Below are positions 56,694 through 64,000 of a stretch of 64,000 nt of DNA, piece by piece; the stretch's first letter is position 1; each line of letters begins with the position of its first letter. This stretch comes from Eledone cirrhosa (lineage: Eukaryota). The stretch is taken from positions 313,968,001 through 314,032,000 of the forward strand of contig OZ024742.1 of the NCBI GenBank assembly GCA_964016885.1, in the 5' to 3' direction. The notes beneath the pieces are model-generated. The model was not told the DNA's origin, made no database searches, and worked only from the letters and a program-made list of their open reading frames with translations. Position numbers and translations under genes: made by a program.

Positions 56694-57382
56694 GGTTGGT
56701 TGGACATAACAAAACACCATTAGCTGCATCCAGCCCTTTGAAATTTAATGAATGGCTCAAAGGAATATATTGGCTAACTTCCATTTTAATCGCTGTCAAT
56801 ATAAAAATAATATGAGAAAATCAATTAACGCTTCATATTTTTTTTACTTGGCATGAACTAAGACCCCACTGCATTAAAACCTAAGTTTAATGTTCATGGT
56901 TAGTGAAATAGTTTAAGAACATAAAAGAGTTTAACGCTAGATTTGTGTGATAGTTGGTTCCTCAGTGCTGAAAGTAGAGATCTCGTGTCGGTTTAGTAAA
57001 GAAGCCGATTCAAAGACTGAAGCTAGTTTCGTAATGTCATGGAATGCTGTTGTAGGCGAAATTGAACATAATCCAAAGAATTCCCATGCATTCCTCTTAG
57101 TGATTGATGAATCTGCAGTCATACAAGACAACTAAAAATGGCAGTATTTGTTCATTATATTTCCTTTGATGAAATTGAAGTCTTGGCATTAACAATACGT
57201 CTGACATACGTCTTAAATATTGATGTTTCGTCGAATAAACTGGTCAGTGTTCCAACAGATGGCACATCTGGAATAGTGAGAGAATGGAAGATTAATTTCA
57301 CTTATAGAAAGCCATTACACCTATTCATAGCTTTTTTTCTTCTTATCATCGCTTCTCACCGAGAACACCTGACAGCGAGATA
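56691..57382 (+). pseudogene. hAT (Charlie/GTF2IRD2-like) transposon remnant, interrupted by a Helitron-like insertion
   Basis: CAGGG start; TEASFVMSW, LVIDES...MAVFVHY, KLVSVPTDG, HREHL resemble hAT DES/TDG/HCxxH motifs. Confidence 0.6.
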
Positions 57383-58282
57383 TCTATTATATAAAACTGA
57401 GGATGTCTGTCTGTGTGTTTGTCAGTTTGAATCCCTAAAACTCGAGAACCACCCAACCGACTGTTTTCAAACTTTACACATGTAATACTTATGTTTCAGG
57501 GAATGTTCTGAGCAAAAGAAATTTCAAATTTTCAATGCTCTAGGGACCACATTAGGCGATTTAGCGATCTCTCTCTATGATTCTTAGTCTTTCTCTTTTT
57601 AGATAGATACATACATATAACGTCGCGCCCTTATATCTGTCTGCATTACGTTACTTCCCTGAGGATGTCTGTCTGTGTGTGTGTGTGTGTGTGTGTCTGT
57701 GAGTTTGAATCCCTAAAACTTGAGAAGTACCCAACCGATTTTTTTCAAACTTTACATGTGTATTACTTATGTTTCAGGGAGTGTTATGCACATAAACAAA
57801 TTCAACTTTTTGATCGTCTAGGGCCCGCATTAGGTGAAAAACTGCATTTTAAAAGCTTTTTAGGGGGTTTTTGAGGCGTTACGTCAGACCGATTTCCTTG
57901 AAATTGTAACTATGTATTAGTCAGTCTCTTCTTCATACCGTGAGCAAAGAAAATCCAACTTTTTTATGGCCTAGGGCCCGCATTAGGTGAAAAACTTAAT
58001 TTCTTCAGATTTTTAGGGCTTTTTGGAGGCGTTAGGTCCAGCCGATTTTCCCGAAATTTCAAGGCATATTATGCACATAAAAAAAAATCATTTTCTTGAT
58101 CCCCTAGGGCTCGCATTAGGTGAAAACCTGCACTTTTCCTGCTTCATCGAGTAAAATCTTAAAGATTATCCAGCCATCAGAGTATTCGGTTTATTTTCTT
58201 TACAGTTTTTCCACGATTAGGTCTGTTGGCGGCCCGCCTTCCAAAATACCTTATCCCGTGCAAAGCCGGGTACCACTGCTAG
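57383..58282 (+). mobile_element. Non-autonomous Helitron-like element with internal duplications
   Basis: A^TC start, CCCGTGCAAAGCCGGG hairpin, CTAG^T end; 57398-57540 repeated at 57660-57835; ctagggcccgcattaggtgaaaa repeats. Confidence 0.75.
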
Positions 58283-58494
58283 TATCAAATATGAACATAT
58301 ATATATTATGGAGTTGAAAATTTCAATCACTTAAATGGGAATATCTACCTAGAGATCAGGCATTTTCTCGAATTGCTGGATCTCGCTGGATCTCAGAGAT
58401 AAATCCAGTGACTTTTCTTTCTATTGAATTGTGATTTGGCTGTCAACCAGCAATGTCGGGTGTAGATTTGTGGTTTAGTGGATATATGGCCCTT

Positions 58495-58785
58495 TGAGGT
58501 CTAAGTTCAAATCCCGCTGAGGTTAACCTTGCCTTTCATCCTTACGGGGTCGATAAAATAAAGCACCAGTAATGCACTGGGGTAATTGCTGGCCCTGTGC
58601 CAAAAGTAGAAACAATTATTAAGTTTAGTTCAAATCCCGCCAAGGTTAACTTTGCCTTTCATCCTTACGAGGTCGATAAAATAAAGCACCAGTAATGCAC
58701 TGGAGTCGATTTAATCGAACCCCCCCCCCTCCCACACGCCAAAAGAATTGTTGGCCTTGTTTCTAAATCAGAAACCATTATTAAT
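58495..58785 (+). mobile_element. Two tandem SINE copies (a similar pair lies on minus at 61914-62315)
   Basis: B box GTTCAAATCCC and GTCGATAAAATAAAG(C/T)ACCAG body. Confidence 0.85.
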
Positions 58786-60319
58786 TTTATTAAAAAAAGC
58801 AAATATCATATGAACTGAAATAATAAAGAATGTTAAATGGATGTGACATCTGACGTCCCGTACTGATATAATACATCTATACCAAATTGCGACTTGATAT
58901 TTCCTAGAAAGGATTGTTTCTAACCTTTCTCTAGAAAATCAAGAGACAATTTGGAGGTTTCCTTGTTGGATCTGGCACATTGGTTGAAGTAAAGTGTAAG
59001 GGACAATATGTAATTTTAGATGCAGCAATACAAGTCTTTGGTTGTTCTGCTTTATACAGAACCAATTGCTATAGGTAATGTGGAAGTTGTGGAATCAACT
59101 TTTAACTCAATATCCAAAGAAATTGTTTCAATTATAGTTGTTTCAGCAAGATTATACTTTTATATACTATTAACTTCAGGTGTAAACAAAATTAAATTCT
59201 TCAATTATACTACGTTTCGAACTGTTTGATAACGCGTGTTCATGTAGAATCTTATTTTGGGGTGTATAAGGCAGTGAATTGGTTGAATCATTAGAGCTTC
59301 GGATTATATGCCTCGCTTTTTTTTTGTCTTGGTTGCCTGCGGTCCGTGTTCAACGCTGGGGTTAACTTTGCATTTCATCCTTCCACAATCCATAAACAAA
59401 ATATTATTTTAGTTGTGTTGGATTAGCAGAATTGTTAAATAGTCGCATGATAGACTATGCTGTATCAGTTCCGGGATTTTATTACTGTGTTTAACCTCTT
59501 TAATAAGAACATTGATTCCTAAAGAAAAATAATATAGTTCTCATCTGTTAGGTCACTAACGAATAAAAATATTAAAATCTCTTTAATCTTTAAAGATGAG
59601 GTTAGCTGTCTGAAAAATTGAAACCTTATCAACAACAACAAGTCCTATAAGACATTTTAAACATTTAATTAAGTGTTACAATGGTTGACAAAAAACGTTG
59701 CCATCTTCTTCATTGATTTATATTTTATTCTCATGAACATTTTCTCCACTATCTCATTTATCATCATTTGTTGGTGTCTGTTATACTAATGAGTTGCTTC
59801 ACAATTTCACAGCAGATGAGGATTTTTAATTTGAGTAAGATCATCAGTGCCATTAATTGATGCAATTTCCTTTCCGTAACGACTGACTGGCGTGATATTA
59901 ATCTGGGAATTATCAATGTATCTTATAAGAGGGATAAAATTATCTAGCATACATTCAATGCATATTAGATTTTCAGCACATTCCATAGCGAATTGCATCC
60001 ACATCAAAAATAAATAATTAGTATTCAATTGATTTACCAGTCAATCACGTACTAATATTAATTTTGTAACATAGGAACAGGACCATCGATATATCGATAT
60101 AATTGATTTAATTAACCCTAGTGCTTGAATAGTACTTATGTCATTGATCACAAAATGTCGAAAGGCAAGATTTACCTTGGTGGAGTTTGAACCTAGAAAT
60201 TAAAGAGACGTAGGAAAATATTTCAGTGTTTTACAGATTCTGCCATCCAGCACTATTCATGTTATGATTCTTTCACAGCAGTTCAAGACAATGGGAATAG
60301 GATTTTGCTAGTACCGGTC

Positions 60320-60495
60320 GCTCTCCGACAGGTTTGTGGTCGTGCCCTTGGCAATAGAGACTTCTGGTGTGCTTGGCCCTAGAGCTACTCCTTACCCACC
60401 ACTATGAGCCTCGCGAGATGGAATGGCTCTTCCAGCGCATCTTCCTTTCCATCCTCCGAGGAAACGCCTTCTCCATTCTGTCCACCGGGACTGTG
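60320..60495 (+). pseudogene. CRE-like non-LTR retrotransposon, RLE C-terminal fragment
   Basis: YRSLSDRFVVVPLAIETSGVLGP and EPREMEWLFQRIFLSILRGNA. Confidence 0.65.
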
Positions 60496-62850
60496 GGGCA
60501 TCCAGCAGCAAGTGGGACTCCATTTACTCACCATACAGAGAGATGGGGGCGATGACGGTGGGAGTTCGGCTCTTCCGTGTTCGGACACATTGCGCCTGTC
60601 ATGTGGATCATGTGATATTTTCATTTTTGTACGTTTCGTTTTAACACCACAATCATTTCTACTTCTTGACGTTTGTAAATGGAAGGAGAATCTCTGGCTG
60701 TCAAATGTTTTTTGCTAGCTTCTCTTACTGTTATGCTAGATTCTAACAAAAGCTTATCTGGCAAAACATGAAAACATAAGTCGAATGTATGCTGTTGTTG
60801 CTTTTTGTTGTTGGTACTTCCAACCAAGTCATGATTGAAAATAGATATGATTAAAGACATTCAAGTCATGACTATTCACTCTTTCTTTCAGGTACAGTGT
60901 ACTCCACGCCACATTATCTAATATTTCCAATATTTAAGACGATAGATTATACTTGATGAACTGAAAACTGGTGAAACCATCACCTCATCTTTAAGTTATG
61001 TTTTCATTAACATACCCCAAGAGAAGCATTAAGAGAAGTTTGCTTATAAATGAATCTACATTTTCTAAAATGAAAGTTTGAAGTTTCTTTTGAAAATTAA
61101 ATTCCTGCATACAGAATTAGATTTTGAGGGTTAAAAAGTATGCATTGAAAGTTCAACCTCTTTTTACAGTTCATTGGAGAAATATTTACCATAGCTTTGG
61201 TTTGATTCAAACTTTAGCGGTTAAATTCCGTTGACAGAATCTGTGAGGAAGCCAGAAAGAACTTTACTGTTCTAGGATGGTAAACTCAATCTCTCACATG
61301 ATTTACACCACCAGTTGGTCATTTAAATAAATCGACTTTGTTGCGAGAATTTGAACGACGTTTCAGTTCCGAGAATAACACCCTTCCTTTCTCCAACCAA
61401 TCTCAAAAGCACCGGAAAGGATCATGGACGCTGCAATTCCGTCTTTGATTAAATCAATTAAAAAATTATAACTTATTTCTTCTCGGGAGAGATGGAGGCA
61501 GTGACAGTGGGAGTTTGGTTATTTTATGTTCGGACCTGGTGTATATGTATATTTCATGGATACACACACAATAGAGGTTTAAAAAGGCATTAAAATGTTT
61601 AGACATCATGTTATATATCTATCTATGGTGTGTGTTGTATATCTTTCTTTTCATCCATTTTTATCTCACATTAATTATAACATATTATTTTCTTATTTTC
61701 TCTTCATGTCTATACACTATGTAAATGGAAACTGAGTCTCCATTTCTTCAATCATTGTTATTATCATAGGTACAGGAATTGTAATGGATATATTTTCATT
61801 TGGATTCGCATACCAGCTATAATTTGGAAATTAAGTGTAAAATAACAAAAAACTAGTAATCCAGCCCAAGTAATCATTGCTTTGCCGTTGTCAGGATGAT
61901 GGGGATAATAATAATTGTTTCTAGTTTTGGCACAAGGCCAGCAATTATCCCAGTGTATTACTGGTACTTTATTTTATCGACCCCGCAAGGATGAAAGGCA
62001 AAGTTAACCTCGGCGGGATTTGAACTCAGATTATAAAGGCCCGTAACTCTTTGCTGCAAATCATGGCGTCCGACCCTCTACCGATACTGCCAATCCATAA
62101 TAATGGTTTCTGATTTAGGTACAATGCCAATCATTTTAAGAGGAGGGGAAAGTCGATTAAATCGACCCCAGTGTATTATTGGTGCTTTATTTTATCGACC
62201 TCATAAGGACGAAAGGCAAAGCTAATCTCGGCTGGATTTGAACTCAGAACGTAAAGAGCCTTAACTCAATACCACAAAGTATGTTGTCCGACGCTCTACC
62301 GATACAGCCAATCCAAGTGATAATAACCATGATTCTCTTCTTCATCCTACGCTGAACATCATCTTTTTCCAACTCTGACTCTTCTCATTCTGCTCCTCAA
62401 TATCAAAAGCTACATTCTGTGAAACAGCTTTGCTCTTATATAATATAGAACGAACAGATATTTTTCTCCTTTATTTCGCGTTCCCTAATAATGTATGGCT
62501 GTCACACACTAACGAATTAGTGTATTGTGGGCTTGTTTATGCTAAAGAAACCCCTTGTGGATTACAGTTTCAATTTTATTATACTGACACCATCTATCTA
62601 TCCATCTATCTATCTATCTATCTATCTATCTCTGGGATGGACACACGCGTATAACTTGCTGAGTAAGTTCTGTTTAAATTTCTATAGAAATTCTTGTCTG
62701 ATAACTTTAATTTTTGTACCATTTTGTAGAGGGACTGCCAGGTCAAACTTTGATCTGGTCAGTCTCTCAAAATATTCTACGCCTTTAGGCGAAATAGTTA
62801 AACAAAAAAAAAAAAAGTTTTTTCTTGTTGAAAAGTCAATATTTTTTTAA

Positions 62851-64000
62851 ATGGCCGAAGCTTCTTCACCAAAATTCGAAGGAGGAAAGGGGAAGATGAA
62901 CTTACAGCTTCCCCCTGCCACTGTCACAGTAGCAGAGGTCAAGAAGAAAGGTCAGCCAGAGGAAGAATTCTCTTCACCTGTTAACCGACAACTTGACGTT
63001 GCCATGGCAACAACCCAAAGAATCAGCAGCAACAGCAACAACAACAACAATGCGACGGACGAAAACAACACCAATAACAATAACAATAACAACAACAACA
63101 AGACCAATAACGGTGACAACAACAACAATGATAACAACAACACCACCAACGACAACAACAACAACACAAACAAACAAAATTTCTCCTTCGCCGAGACGAC
63201 AAGGAAAACCCTCGACTATCTGCCAGTAGATATAACAAAAGCGAAGGAGCTACTGGCGGATGCGAAAAAATATATAGTGTACGGGGAAAATGGTTCATTC
63301 ACAATCCATTCCCCCCCGGAACTAAAAAGCCAGAGACTCCTAAACACGGTCATGTTTAGGACAATCTCGAACAAAAGTAAAAAACCAGCTCAACCATCAC
63401 AGAGCGAGATAGAGCTGGTTTTAAAAGACGTCATGAAGGACATCACCTTCATTCAGAAGGATAGACTCTACGGGAGTCTATCCATTCTCATGAAGGACAG
63501 GGACACAGCAGTGAAACTGTCCATCAAACCAATCACATCCACCGCATACACCTTCTACCCTACGTACATGGGTAGAAGAACACAAAAAATAAAAATCCAC
63601 ACCATCCTGCCGATTATGGACATATGGTGGGTTTTGACAGGTTTTCTGGACCTGGAGGATGACATGCTGGTGTCCATGGGAAAGGCATCGGGTGACGCGT
63701 TCAGTGGAACGAGCCTCGAACTTGTAGTTCAAATGAGGCCCGAAAGGATCGCCCAGATCCCTGAACGCGTCATACTGGATGATCTAACCTTCATCAACAT
63801 TACCGTTGAGGGTAGACGGCCCTCGTGTTACCTCTGCGGAACCAGAGGTCACCTGAGGGCTGTCTGTCCCCAACTTAATAAGAAAACCCCAATCCTGCCT
63901 ACACCACCAACAACTGCACAACCAACACAATCACCACAACTACCACTACAAAAACAATCACCACAGCTCAAACCAAAACAAAACAATGTCCAACCCATCC
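62851..64000 (+). CDS. Gag-like ORF1 of a Tx1/L1-type non-LTR retrotransposon, runs off the window end
   Basis: ATG at 62851, 383 codons with no stop, poly-Asn tract, zinc knuckle CYLCGTRGHLRAVC (CX2CX4HX4C); preceded by ~220 bp leader after (TATC)n. Confidence 0.8.
   Translation, partial: MAEASSPKFEGGKGKMNLQLPPATVTVAEVKKKGQPEEEFSSPVNRQLDVAMATTQRISSNSNNNNNATDENNTNNNNNNNNNKTNNGDNNNNDNNNTTNDNNNNTNKQNFSFAETTRKTLDYLPVDITKAKELLADAKKYIVYGENGSFTIHSPPELKSQRLLNTVMFRTISNKSKKPAQPSQSEIELVLKDVMKDITFIQKDRLYGSLSILMKDRDTAVKLSIKPITSTAYTFYPTYMGRRTQKIKIHTILPIMDIWWVLTGFLDLEDDMLVSMGKASGDAFSGTSLELVVQMRPERIAQIPERVILDDLTFINITVEGRRPSCYLCGTRGHLRAVCPQLNKKTPILPTPPTTAQPTQSPQLPLQKQSPQLKPKQNNVQPI

Overview
AT-rich, microsatellite-dense metazoan DNA with no recognisable host protein-coding exon. 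The tRNA-derived SINE and overall repeat content look cephalopod/octopus-like (inference). The window is almost entirely mobile DNA: RTE, R4/Dong, CRE-like and Tx1/L1-like non-LTR retrotransposons, Helitron-like elements, Tigger and hAT remnants, MITEs, many SINEs, and two Penelope-like element (PLE) GIY-YIG fragments. The main signal is invisible in the ORF track. About 14 sequence families (about 25 copies) of type-I hammerhead ribozyme (HHR) motifs sit in short islands between (TA)n tracts, and most have a self-complementary helix III. The islands mostly form fold-back insertions (arms 23 bp to 1.7 kb) or non-coding 560-600 bp head-to-tail units. One HHR family is shared with a GIY-YIG-encoding PLE in the same window. 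Together this points to a (TA)n-targeted, ribozyme-processed, PLE-mobilised retrozyme-like system. Structures were folded by eye and coordinates counted by hand, so ends may be off by a few bp. No activity or novelty was tested.
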